Assembly: GCA_963845185.1 (NCBI GenBank)
Contig: CAWJRG010000011.1
Location: 1-64,000, forward strand
DNA from: an uncultured bacterium
GTDB taxonomy: Bacteria > Oederibacteriota > PGYV01 > CAWJRG01
Length of the DNA: 64,000 nucleotides
Direction of reading: 5' to 3'
Shown here: piece after piece, positions 38,001-47,298 of the stretch
Position numbering within the stretch: the first letter of the stretch is position 1
Layout of the letters: every line of letters begins with the position of its first letter
Notes under the pieces: model-generated
Databases searched by the model: none
What the model saw: the letters and a program-made list of their open reading frames with translations, nothing else
What the model was told of the DNA's origin: nothing
Translations under genes and position numbers: made by a program

Positions 38001-38168
38001 TGTCCCTGTCTGGTTGAAAGGTATCGGCGCTGCTGTACTTGTGGTGTCGTTTTGCCCTGTCTGGTACGACGCTTCAGAATACGGTGGTAGATTAGCTTCT
38101 GTCCATGCGAATAAAGCCGTATAAGATAGTAGTATGAGAACAGCTGTAAACAGCAATCTTTTTTGCAT
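35073..38168 (-). CDS. Large secreted multi-Ig protein with Thr/Pro linker and T9SS type-A-like CTD
   Basis: Signal peptide, PPC-like DLDNYTF, beta-sandwich repeats, VYPIP..IFDIAG..KLKAGPYYY..KFIIKK. Confidence 0.75.
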   Translation of the reverse strand: MQKRLLFTAVLILLSYTALFAWTEANLPPYSEASYQTGQNDTTSTAAPIPFNQTGTGYIASGNDLDNYTFTAPAALNNDILRVRLYVPGTSNSLSYGITLYFNNGSNWQWSSDSWANSGNTATVYCDMTQWNLAGSNNFLIQIRSTNNNSYSQTLPYTVNTDIMSSGTISGTLNLVGVGASGLSNVQVAARDSNGTNISNGNSNASGAYTLTLPVGLAVSELDAVRQWYPGCAADYAYGITPYTVSPAITLTTAGQTLPGYNFNVYKEGVVIGAINAAYNVDMSMYSNYSSRSNGYYVGSTNTAYGFHNLAPGNYWIWVQPHSGYGTNLAVSCTANVNVRDGFNTTVNYNIGAGYTVNGSTSPALPNGSRVSVMIAGNNKNGDDPFRSYYSVTTTGGNYAINNLPAGNYDFYAGDGPSIILPVLNQTISGNTVLNLTGPNPVTFISGTVIDNTGSGLILTETAVVAIVTGTADIMNSNVLAYVAMCDTSGNFNISVPPVFQYYDLAALQGINNNGNPVFMAWDYNVMSGTAGNALTITAGISVSGSMLFNGGPVSPYDSNAQVELMYDTGGGNYKFYDMCHGNDQYSSSAYLISGTAYNIKIRASGQYFLTSDIDTQLSTSPLVNQNFNMTIDPSKDKFRPYDGYMIPCQQGLLVNGTDYLYVTAGDYALGSGLGTVTIDSDSTAVTGMSYVDLGNNTRKYQFQLPASQQSAGSAHFIDVILTDSAGNVYDTGSTWQVNLATGTITPTSTLSPVVSATPTYTKTPTFSSTVTITETYTPTSTKSPTITQTYTVSSTPTYTMTVTVTPTTPPCGISGTITLPAASTGTAWVLYVDTDFNVGNGTAGSTGGTTNGNQISYNVSVLPGKYYIYVIVDESNTGILTSWQINDYAGVYGSTYLSPPGSPNATVNCPQGGTFDITAMKVTTLVVSPTVTPGASAPGSNDSIVYPIPAQNTATFMFTLNEDSDVTISIFDIAGNLADRESGRVPASDTAKMTVNVTKLKAGPYYYFISAKADSGAVTKYKLNKFIIKK

Positions 38169-38294
38169 TTATTCCCCTTTCTTTTCGTAATGCCTTATAT
38201 AAATACTATTGCAAAATTATAGCATATAATTGTATATTTTCAAGATACTTATAAATTGATTTTGCAGCATCAATATTGAATTACCTCCGGCTTC

Positions 38295-39921
38295 CAGACT
38301 GTGTCATAAGTCTCCGTCCACAGCTGATTGCCGTAGGTAAATTAAAAAAATCTACAAAATATCCTGTTTTATACAAAAAACCTGCGTGGCCCGATGTTTC
38401 TTGCTATCCAAGCTGCGCAATCAACTCCCTGACACCTACAATGCTTATCATTCGAGCCATATTGAAACAACTTGTGAACAACGCCATCTCAGCTCTTGCT
38501 CCTTCAAGCCCTCGCAGCAGAAACCCGCTTACTCCAAGATTTCTTTTAATATGTCCGAACGGCAACTCTGCTTTCTCTTTTCTCAACTTGAAAATATCCT
38601 GCGATTCTTTTGTTTTATATTTTTCTTCAAGCAATATTTTTAGTTCTTCGTTTTTTAGCCTCTTTATCATTCTGCCCTTCGGAGACCGGGTGCATACTCC
38701 AAAGTTTTTACATTCTATACAAGCCTTTTCTTCAGTAGACCTATATACTTCAAGATTCTTTTTTTTATCAAAACTATGCCATGTCAATATCTGTCCTTCG
38801 GGACAAGTGTAGGTATCTTTCTCTGAATCGTATTGGAATTTATCTTTCCCAAACGGCCCGATGTCTTTTTTCTCTACCTGTTCCTGAGAAGGTACTATTA
38901 CATTTATGTCTTTGTCGTGTATCTTTTTCATTTCTTCTATGCTGGCATATCCGGCATCCCCGCGTTTTTGCATTTGTTTTCAACTGTTTTCGCCGCTTCT
39001 TCAATCTGACTCCCGAATTGCTTGCGGTCATTGCTTTCGTTTACTACGTCGCTATGCACTATCAGTCCGTGTCTTTCATCTACCACTATCTGCCCGTTAT
39101 ATCCCGCATGCGTTCCCTGACGCCCTTTTACTTTCACGCATTCCTTGTCTGTCGTATTTATCGACTTTTTCCCCTCGTTCCTTATTTCTTCCATTACCTC
39201 TTTTATCTTTGCTTTTAATTTCTCTTTGCCTCTTAATTTTTCCTTCATCTTTACCAGTGATTCAGCGCCGCTTTCTTCCTCGTCTATCTTTTCGCTCTCC
39301 TTTATTATCGCTTCTATGTTTTCTTCTATCTTCTTTATCCTTTTTTCACACCGCTCCATTGTCCATGTGTTATTTATCGACGCGTTCGCCCTTATCTTGC
39401 TCCCGTCTACAAATAGCGTGTTTCCTTCTATCAATCCCAGTTTCATACACATCTTTGCGCTTTGTTTCATCACGTTTTTCAACATTTCCCGGTTGTCTTT
39501 TCGAAACCTTGCTATTGTTTTATGATCCGGCTTCAATCCTCCCAGCAGCCACATAAAAGACACATTATGATGCGTCGCTCTTTCCAGTTTTCTCGAACTT
39601 CGTGTCCCGTATGAATATCCGTATACCAGCAATTTTATCATAGCCTCAGGGTCGTATTCCAAATTTCCCATTTGCGTTTCATCTATTACTATCCCAAGTT
39701 CTTCCATTTTCAACGCCTTTACGAACGCGTCGTACGCCCTTACAGGATCATCTTCCCCTACATATTCTTCTATGCTCTGCGGAAACATTGTCAACTGACT
39801 TCGGTCTCCATATCGGTATGCCATTTTTGTCTCCTTTTCTGATGTGTTTTCTGGAGACATTATACCATTTTTTATCTGTCAAATATCGTTTCAGACTACA
39901 AAAACATTATGACACAGTCTG
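38295..39921 (-). mobile_element. IS1182-family element, copy 1 (1627 bp)
   Basis: 15-bp IR CAGACTGTGTCATAA; transposase motifs SSRKLE, PDHKTIARFR, VDGSK, ADAGY-like, FGHIK. Confidence 0.93.
38404..39824 (-). pseudogene. IS1182 transposase, frameshifted
   Basis: ORFs 38937..39860 and 38404..38973 overlap with a shift just before DAGY. Confidence 0.85.
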
Positions 39922-40065
39922 GAAGTAGGAGGATTCTAAAACTTCCCCCGCCTCTACCGGGGGGATTTTCGCGGAGTGGGAGTAAATTAAAAAAGTTGAC
40001 TTTGTAACTAAATAAGGGCTAAAATGCAATAAAGATTTTGCTAAAACGCAAACAGAAAGGCAATT

Positions 40066-41409
40066 ATGCGGAATTTCAGCCTTACTTTGAAATCTACAGT
40101 TAATAAAGCCGTGTACATATTATTTTTTTTCTATGGAATTTATTTCCTTGCAAAATACGGGCTGATTCTCAACGAGCAGGGATTAAAATACGCCTTTGCA
40201 GCTTTCTGGCAAAGGCGCGAATCCTGGATAGTGATCTCCTATTGCATTGCCCTGGCCTATACTGCATGGATAATCATTAATTTTTTTACATTGAAACCAG
40301 GAACAAACCGCGGCAATGAAACACTCTTAAAAACCGCTTCCTGTATTTTTATTGCTGCATTCATGATACGGGTTGTTCCCTCAATGTTCGTCTTCGGGCC
40401 CGACTCGGATATGTGCGTGTTTCAAAGAGTCCAGCATTTGACCCTTGATGCCCACGACTGGAAGAGTCCCGTTGAATCAATGCCTTATTTCTATTTCCAG
40501 GTTTATATCCTGCATTTTGCCGGCTGGGTTTCGGCAAAATTTCATCTTGCCCCGTATTTTATTATAAAGCTTCCGGTCATTACCGCGGATTCGCTTATCG
40601 CTGCATTCATTTTTATCCGCACAAAGGACAAGGCCATGGGTTTAATGTACATGTGGAACCCCGTAACCATATTAATCAGTTCTTTCCACGGCATGTTTGA
40701 TTCCGAAACCCTTTTATTGATACTCGCCTGCATATTTATATTTGAAAAAAAGTATTCGTTCTTCATTTTAGGGGCAATGTTCGGCCTTGCTTTCCAGAGC
40801 AAAATATGGCCGCTTGTTTTGCTGCCCGTATTCCTTATGCGCATGAAATCCGGGGATATAGCCAGGTTTCTTCTGGCCTGGGCAGTTGTATTTGTCCTGC
40901 TTTCAATGCCCAATATTTCCAATATGTATTATTATTTTCACGTGCTGAATTACAGCTCCCTTGACGGCTGGTGGGGCATAACCGGGCTATTTTTTGTTTT
41001 ATTTAAAAAAATATTAAGCCTGGGCGCGGCATATGACGCCGTCGTAATATTTTCAACATTGCTGTTTTTGGCTACAATTTCATATGGGTATTATACTGCC
41101 AGGAAAAAAAATATTATGGAAGCCGTTACGCTGGTTATAATTACTTTTTATGTATTTACCCCCGGTTTTGGCGTACAGTATCTCTTATGGTGTGTCCCTT
41201 TACTGATAATCAGCGGGAAATTCGGCAGGTCCGTTGTTGAAAGCTGCATCTTTTATCTGGTTTTCGCCTATTTTTTTAATATTTTATATCATTGTGAGAA
41301 AGCAATTGGAGCGGCATTTGATGTCAAGCCTTTGTTTGTGCTGGCTTCTTTTCCTGCCTGGCTGGGATTTTGCCGGATGTTATATGCAGGCCGGCGCAAA
41401 GCATCTTAA
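40066..41409 (+). CDS. GT-C membrane glycosyltransferase (GT87/PIG-M-like)
   Basis: DSD, KLPVITAD, WNPVTILISSFHGMFD, KIWP, QYLLW. Confidence 0.75.
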   Translation: MRNFSLTLKSTVNKAVYILFFFYGIYFLAKYGLILNEQGLKYAFAAFWQRRESWIVISYCIALAYTAWIIINFFTLKPGTNRGNETLLKTASCIFIAAFMIRVVPSMFVFGPDSDMCVFQRVQHLTLDAHDWKSPVESMPYFYFQVYILHFAGWVSAKFHLAPYFIIKLPVITADSLIAAFIFIRTKDKAMGLMYMWNPVTILISSFHGMFDSETLLLILACIFIFEKKYSFFILGAMFGLAFQSKIWPLVLLPVFLMRMKSGDIARFLLAWAVVFVLLSMPNISNMYYYFHVLNYSSLDGWWGITGLFFVLFKKILSLGAAYDAVVIFSTLLFLATISYGYYTARKKNIMEAVTLVIITFYVFTPGFGVQYLLWCVPLLIISGKFGRSVVESCIFYLVFAYFFNILYHCEKAIGAAFDVKPLFVLASFPAWLGFCRMLYAGRRKAS

Positions 41410-41429
41410 ACTGGAGCCCCACGGGCAAA

Positions 41430-43056
41430 CAGACTGTGTCATAATGTTTTTGTAGTCTGAAACGATATTTGACAGATAAAAAATGGTATAATGTCTCCAG
41501 AAAACACATCAGAAAAGGAGACAAAAATGGCATACCGATATGGAGACCGAAGTCAGTTGACAATGTTTCCGCAGAGCATAGAAGAATATGTAGGGGAAGA
41601 TGATCCTGTAAGGGCGTACGACGCGTTCGTAAAGGCGTTGAAAATGGAAGAACTTGGGATAGTAATAGATGAAACGCAAATGGGAAATTTGGAATACGAC
41701 CCTGAGGCTATGATAAAATTGCTGGTATACGGATATTCATACGGGACACGAAGTTCGAGAAAACTGGAAAGAGCGACGCATCATAATGTGTCTTTTATGT
41801 GGCTGCTGGGAGGATTGAAGCCGGATCATAAAACAATAGCAAGGTTTCGAAAAGACAACCGGGAAATGTTGAAAAACGTGATGAAACAAAGCGCAAAGAT
41901 GTGTATGAAACTGGGATTGATAGAAGGAAACACGCTATTTGTAGACGGGAGCAAGATAAGGGCGAACGCGTCGATAAATAACACATGGACAATGGAGCGG
42001 TGTGAAAAAAGGATAAAGAAGATAGAAGAAAACATAGAAGCGATAATAAAGGAGAGCGAAAAGATAGACGAGGAAGAAAGCGGCGCTGAATCACTGGTAA
42101 AGATGAAGGAAAAATTAAGAGGCAAAGAGAAATTAAAAGCAAAGATAAAAGAGGTAATGGAAGAAATAAGGAACGAGGGGAAAAAGTCGATAAATACGAC
42201 AGACAAGGAATGCGTGAAAGTAAAAGGGCGTCAGGGAACGCATGCGGGATATAACGGGCAGATAGTGGTAGATGAAAGACACGGACTGATAGTGCATAGC
42301 GACGTAGTAAACGAAAGCAATGACCGCAAGCAATTCGGGAGTCAGATTGAAGAAGCGGCGAAAACAGTTGAAAACAAATGCAAAAACGCGGGGATGCCGG
42401 ATATGCCAGCATAGAAGAAATGAAAAAGATACACGACAAAGACATAAATGTAATAGTACCTTCTCAGGAACAGGTAGAGAAAAAAGACATCGGGCCGTTT
42501 GGGAAAGATAAATTCCAATACGATTCAGAGAAAGATACCTACACTTGTCCCGAAGGACAGATATTGACATGGCATAGTTTTGATAAAAAAAAGAATCTTG
42601 AAGTATATAGGTCTACTGAAGAAAAGGCTTGTATAGAATGTAAAAACTTTGGAGTATGCACCCGGTCTCCGAAGGGCAGAATGATAAAGAGGCTAAAAAA
42701 CGAAGAACTAAAAATATTGCTTGAAGAAAAATATAAAACAAAAGAATCGCAGGATATTTTCAAGTTGAGAAAAGAGAAAGCAGAGTTGCCGTTCGGACAT
42801 ATTAAAAGAAATCTTGGAGTAAGCGGGTTTCTGCTGCGAGGGCTTGAAGGAGCAAGAGCTGAGATGGCGTTGTTCACAAGTTGTTTCAATATGGCTCGAA
42901 TGATAAGCATTGTAGGTGTCAGGGAGTTGATTGCGCAGCTTGGATAGCAAGAAACATCGGGCCACGCAGGTTTTTTGTATAAAACAGGATATTTTGTAGA
43001 TTTTTTTAATTTACCTACGGCAATCAGCTGTGGACGGAGACTTATGACACAGTCTG
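41430..43056 (+). mobile_element. IS1182-family element, copy 2 (inverted; same ORF translations as copy 1)
   Basis: Same IRs and length; flanked by AAA/AAA at a hairpin apex. Confidence 0.93.
41527..42947 (+). pseudogene. IS1182 transposase, frameshifted
   Basis: ORFs 41491..42414 and 42378..42947; same lesion as copy 1. Confidence 0.85.
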
Positions 43057-43223
43057 AAAGCCCGTGGTACCAGTTAACAACACAGCTCGACATCGTCTCG
43101 CCGTGAAGTACTAACTAAATACACTGTTGCTCTCGAATACATATAATATGCGACGTCCGCCGAAGCAGAACGCATTCAACCACGTGCATAGCACGTGGTG
43201 TTCTGCGCAGGTGGATAAATATT

Positions 43224-45209
43224 TTAATAAACCCTTATCGGCAATATGACAAAAATTATGCCGAGTTTGTAAAGCTGCTTCTGGAGCTCGAACACTATGT
43301 AGTTATGAAGCATGTTCGTCGCCATTGTTTCCCTTTCAAAAACCACCTGGCCGCCGAAGAAAATCGCGTCATGGTATTTTTCCCGGATTCCGGGCAATAG
43401 TTTTATTGTTTCCTCGACAACCTCGGTTCCCACAGCAGTGATGCCTTCGGCGTAACAGTTGTTTTTCTCGACAAAATCCACATACATCTGCGTTTCGCTT
43501 TGTATATGCTTTTTTAATTTTTCGACTTCCTCCGAGCCCTTGAAATTGCCGGTGTCCACTATGCCTATCTGCACAAAAACGTAATTCTTGAAAAGTTTCC
43601 CGAATATGCGCATGACCGTCATCAGCGTGTGGAGCCCCAGCCCGTTGAAATCATTGACAAACAGGATGGCCGTCTTTGCATTTTTGTTGTATTTTGTCAA
43701 TGCCTTGCGCGCTTTTTCATCGTCAAACATTTCGGGCCTGCTTGTTACAGTCGCCTCCACAAGCACGTCAAGCTTTTTAATCAGCTTGCCTATTTCGTCG
43801 TAGTGGCGCCTTATCATCAAGGCGGTAAAAATAAGCGCCCCTGTAATTGCCATGGTCACCCAGCCGCCCTCGCCGAACTTGAAGACTATTACCGTCACCA
43901 GGATGAAAGCCGACAGTATGAACCCGACTATGTTAATCAATAATCTCCTCTTCCACTTTTTTTCCTCTTTGCGTACGTGCCACCAGTGTACAACCATGCC
44001 CAACTGGGACATGGAAAAAGTTATGAAAACGTTTATGCTGTAAAGCACTACAAGCAGCCTTACCGAGCCTTTTGTCAATATGACTGTCAGGAGAGCCGCT
44101 GCTCCGAAGATCATGATGCCGTTCTGCGCAACCAGCCTGTCGCTTAAGGATGAAAACCTCATGGGCATCCACCTGTCCTTTGCCATGTTTGAAAGCACCC
44201 TTGGCCCGTCCACAAACCCTGCCTGCGCAGCCACAAAAAGCAGGGCAGCTTCGGAAATAAGTATGATAAGCACGAATATTGACCCGAGCCCCGGGTTCCA
44301 TGCTTTGGTCGCGGTTTCAAAAAGCACCGCATTCAGGGTCTTGCCATTCTGCGGCACTACCCCGAAAATGACGTAGGAAAACATTATTCCGAGCACTATA
44401 AGGCTAAGCGAAGAAGCCATGTATGCCATTACTTTTTTCGCGTTTATGACCCTTGGCTCCCTGAGTATTGAAATACCGTTGCTTACCGCTTCTATGCCGG
44501 TAAAAGTGCCTGCGCCCATGCTGTACGCGCGCAGGACCAGGAAAATCATGGCAAAAAGCCCCATACCCTGCCCGGTCTGTCCTGCGCTTGCGACGCTTGT
44601 ATGCAGCGCGGTGCCCAGGTGCCCGAAATTTTGTATCAGTATGTAGCAGAGTATAAAAGCGTGGCTCAAAACAAAAACAAGGAATACAGGGACAAGCGGT
44701 ATTATGGATTCCTTTACCCCGCGCATGTTCATCATGGTAAGCAGGATAATGCCTGCCAGGGCGACAATGAATTTATATGAATTTATCTGCGGCGGCAAAT
44801 AGCTGAAAAGCGCGTCAGCGCCGCTCACAATTGAAATGCTTATTGTCAGCACGTAATCAATCATGAGCGCGCTTCCCGAAATAACGCCTGACTTTGGGGA
44901 AAGCAGCTTGCTCGCCACCAGGTAACCGCCGCCGCCCGTGGGAAAAAGCTCGATTATCTGGGCGTAACTCATGCTTATTATTATTACGGTGAGCGCCGTC
45001 GCTATGGCGACAAATATGCCCAGGTAGGAAAATTTGCCCAGGGTCCTGAACGCCTCTTCAGGCCCGTAGCAGGATGATGTCAAGCCGTCCGAACCCAGCC
45101 CCACCCAGGCAAAAAATGCTATAAGGGAAATCCTCTGGAATACGCCGGGATCGCTTACATTCCTGCTTTTTCCCAGTATGAAACCTTTTACGTCGCTATA
45201 AAGGCTCAT
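43224..45209 (-). CDS. APC-superfamily permease, KimA/YdaO-like K+ transporter
   Basis: DGLTSSCYGPEE, FPTGGGGY, RGVKES, TGIEAVSNG resemble the YdaO/KimA family; cytoplasmic C-terminal domain. Confidence 0.75.
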   Translation of the reverse strand: MSLYSDVKGFILGKSRNVSDPGVFQRISLIAFFAWVGLGSDGLTSSCYGPEEAFRTLGKFSYLGIFVAIATALTVIIISMSYAQIIELFPTGGGGYLVASKLLSPKSGVISGSALMIDYVLTISISIVSGADALFSYLPPQINSYKFIVALAGIILLTMMNMRGVKESIIPLVPVFLVFVLSHAFILCYILIQNFGHLGTALHTSVASAGQTGQGMGLFAMIFLVLRAYSMGAGTFTGIEAVSNGISILREPRVINAKKVMAYMASSLSLIVLGIMFSYVIFGVVPQNGKTLNAVLFETATKAWNPGLGSIFVLIILISEAALLFVAAQAGFVDGPRVLSNMAKDRWMPMRFSSLSDRLVAQNGIMIFGAAALLTVILTKGSVRLLVVLYSINVFITFSMSQLGMVVHWWHVRKEEKKWKRRLLINIVGFILSAFILVTVIVFKFGEGGWVTMAITGALIFTALMIRRHYDEIGKLIKKLDVLVEATVTSRPEMFDDEKARKALTKYNKNAKTAILFVNDFNGLGLHTLMTVMRIFGKLFKNYVFVQIGIVDTGNFKGSEEVEKLKKHIQSETQMYVDFVEKNNCYAEGITAVGTEVVEETIKLLPGIREKYHDAIFFGGQVVFERETMATNMLHNYIVFELQKQLYKLGIIFVILPIRVY

Positions 45210-45417
45210 TTAACCTTTTACCTCGTTTTAACATACCCTTCAAAAGGCAGTTAGTTTGTTGATTTTTTTATAGTACGATTTGAGAGGTGGAGCATCCATT
45301 AAAAATCCTCTAATATGCTCCCTCCCCGTAGCGCTATCATATACCGCACTATCAGCGGTAATTTTCGCGTAGAGGGATTAATAACACAATTCCACAGAAA
45401 GTCAATACTTAAACGCT

Positions 45418-45516
45418 TGATAGCGTTTATTTTATCAAGCCGAAGGCAACAACAAAATATTACGCTATCATGTACCCGCTCAAGTCCGAGGCCTACAGGC
45501 CGAGAACAAGAGGTAT
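45418..45516 (-). ncRNA. Unknown two-hairpin RNA motif, copy A
   Basis: Aligns with 57219..57318 and 63523..63623 with covarying stems; strand inferred. Confidence 0.6.
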
Positions 45517-45566
45517 TTTTATAATAGCGTTTATTTTATCAGGCCGTCAATTCCAAATTCCAAATC

Positions 45567-47096
45567 CTATTTCACTACCGCTATCTTTCCCCATGTCTTC
45601 TTTTTTGTAATGCCGTCCGCTGCTTCTATGCTGTATATAAATATCCCGCTTGCCACTGTCTTACCTGATTTATTGTTCCTGTCCCAGTAAATGCTGTTCA
45701 TGCCTGGCTCGCCCTGCTGCGAGAGTTCCCTCACAACCTCGCCGCTTATCGTGTATATTTTTACTTTTACCTGTGCCGTATCGCATAACTGGTAGATTAT
45801 ATTAGTGCCGCTTGAGCATGGGTTCGGCGAATTCTTGTATAAATTCAGGCAAAGCGGCGGCTGCGGCGTAGGTGTTATCGTGAAAGTGCATGTTATGCTT
45901 GTCGTGGGGGTTATTGTTACAGTGTATGTTATACTTGGCGTGGATGTTATTGTTGGTGAAATTGTACTGGTCGGCGATATGGTAAATGTGGGTGTCGCTG
46001 TAAACGTCAAGGTCAATGTCGAGGTCTGCGTTATTGTTGGAGAAAACGTCACAGTTGGCGGCGTCCCGGTTATTGTCGGCGTAAGGCTTGTGCACGGGCC
46101 GAATTCCTGGATTCTGTTATTACCCGAGTCTGCAACATACACGTCTCCGCTGCTGTCCACTGCTATTCCAAAAGGATAACCAAACTGCCCGTTGCCGCTT
46201 CCATAACTTCCCCATTGTGTGATATATACACCTGAACTGCTGAATTCTTGAATCCTATAATTAGTATCGTCTGCAACATACACATCCCCGCTGCTGTCTA
46301 CAGCTATCCCAGTAGGACCACTAAACTGCCCGTTGCCACTTCCGGTAGGAAGCCCGCCCCATTGTGTTATATACGTGCCCGTACTGCTGAATTCTTGGAT
46401 TCTATTATTACCCCAGTCTGAAACATACACGTCCCCACTGCTGTTTATTGCTATGCCGTAAGGGCCATAGTTTCCAAACTGGCTGTTGCCGCTTCCCGTG
46501 CTGCCCCATTGGGTTATATATGTGCCTATACTGCTGAATTCCTGAATCCTATGATTACCTGAGTCTAAAACATACACATCCCCGCTGCTGTCTACAGCTA
46601 TTCCAGTAGGACCACTAAACTGCCCGTTGCCGGTTCCAAGACTGCCCCATTGCGTAATGTAAGCGCCTGTACTGCTGAATTCCTGGATCCTGTTATTCCG
46701 CGTGTCTGCAACATAAACGTTTCCGTTGCTGTTTATTGCTACTCCTTCGGGGAAGTAAAACTGCACGTTGCCGGTTCCAAGACTGCCCCATTGAGCGATA
46801 TATGTGCCTGTATTGTTGAATGTTTGAATTCTGTTATTATACTCATCTGCAACATATACGTTTCCGTTGCTGTCTATTGCTATTCCCCATGGATTATTAA
46901 ACTGCCCGTTGCCGGTTTCGGGATTTCCTACTGAACTGCCCCATTGTGTTATATAGCATGGCGGTGAAACTGCCATGGCATGGGAATTTATTATGAAGAA
47001 GACAAACAAAAGAAACAGGAAATATTTTATTAATGTAAAGCTTCTCTGTTTCTGTAATTCAGAAAAACTTTTTATCCGCATTTTCATCCTATTCAT
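45567..47096 (-). CDS. Secreted 6x NHL-repeat protein with Thr/Pro linker and T9SS/FlgD-like CTD
   Basis: 47-aa YITQWG..GNGQF..P.GIAVDSSG.VYVAD..NNRIQEF repeats; CTD closely matches that of 2695..4857. Confidence 0.88.
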   Translation of the reverse strand: MNRMKMRIKSFSELQKQRSFTLIKYFLFLLFVFFIINSHAMAVSPPCYITQWGSSVGNPETGNGQFNNPWGIAIDSNGNVYVADEYNNRIQTFNNTGTYIAQWGSLGTGNVQFYFPEGVAINSNGNVYVADTRNNRIQEFSSTGAYITQWGSLGTGNGQFSGPTGIAVDSSGDVYVLDSGNHRIQEFSSIGTYITQWGSTGSGNSQFGNYGPYGIAINSSGDVYVSDWGNNRIQEFSSTGTYITQWGGLPTGSGNGQFSGPTGIAVDSSGDVYVADDTNYRIQEFSSSGVYITQWGSYGSGNGQFGYPFGIAVDSSGDVYVADSGNNRIQEFGPCTSLTPTITGTPPTVTFSPTITQTSTLTLTFTATPTFTISPTSTISPTITSTPSITYTVTITPTTSITCTFTITPTPQPPLCLNLYKNSPNPCSSGTNIIYQLCDTAQVKVKIYTISGEVVRELSQQGEPGMNSIYWDRNNKSGKTVASGIFIYSIEAADGITKKKTWGKIAVVK

Positions 47097-47177
47097 TGGA
47101 AGTTCGCGCCTCCTAATATGGCATAATTATACCATATTTTTGCGCAAATGGGCAAATCCCCCTATGTCCCTATATTT

Positions 47178-47205
47178 GTAGAGACACGCCATGGCGTGTC
47201 TCTAC
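47178..47205. repeat. GTAG-type REP-like perfect palindrome
   Basis: GTAGAGACACGCCATGGCGTGTCTCTAC; second copy at 61163. Confidence 0.8.
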
Positions 47206-47252
47206 TTTAGTTTTATTATTGCAATTTAAATACAAGCGAGGCAAATCCCCCT

Positions 47253-47283
47253 AAAAAAAGACGCGGATGGAACCGCGTCTTTG
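47253..47283 (-). terminator. Intrinsic terminator after the fucosidase gene
   Basis: AAAGACGCGG-TTCCAT-CCGCGTCTTTTTTT. Confidence 0.8.
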
Positions 47284-47298
47284 CAATTGCAAAGCAGG

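Larger units (their letters stand above)
41406..43219. mobile_element. Putative IS200/IS605-derived palindromic miniature element (PATE-like), interrupted by IS1182 copy 2
   Basis: Twin hairpins CCACGGGC-AAA-GCCCGTGG and CCACGTGC-ATA-GCACGTGG at the ends of ~185 bp non-coding DNA. Confidence 0.5.

Noticed and set aside
41469..41492. TTGACA...TATAAT inside the IS end as a consensus promoter
   Set aside because: The spacer is only 12 bp (7 bp in the third IS); at best an extended -10
42370..42400. Programmed -1 frameshift in the IS1182 transposase
   Set aside because: No canonical slippery heptamer, and the related element at 51773 is a single ORF; a mutation is more likely
45210..45410. c-di-AMP (ydaO) riboswitch expected before the KimA-like gene or kdp
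   Set aside because: Consensus elements (GCUGAAUCC, GGAGGAACC, CCCGA..GCUAAC) not seen; needs cmscan confirmation
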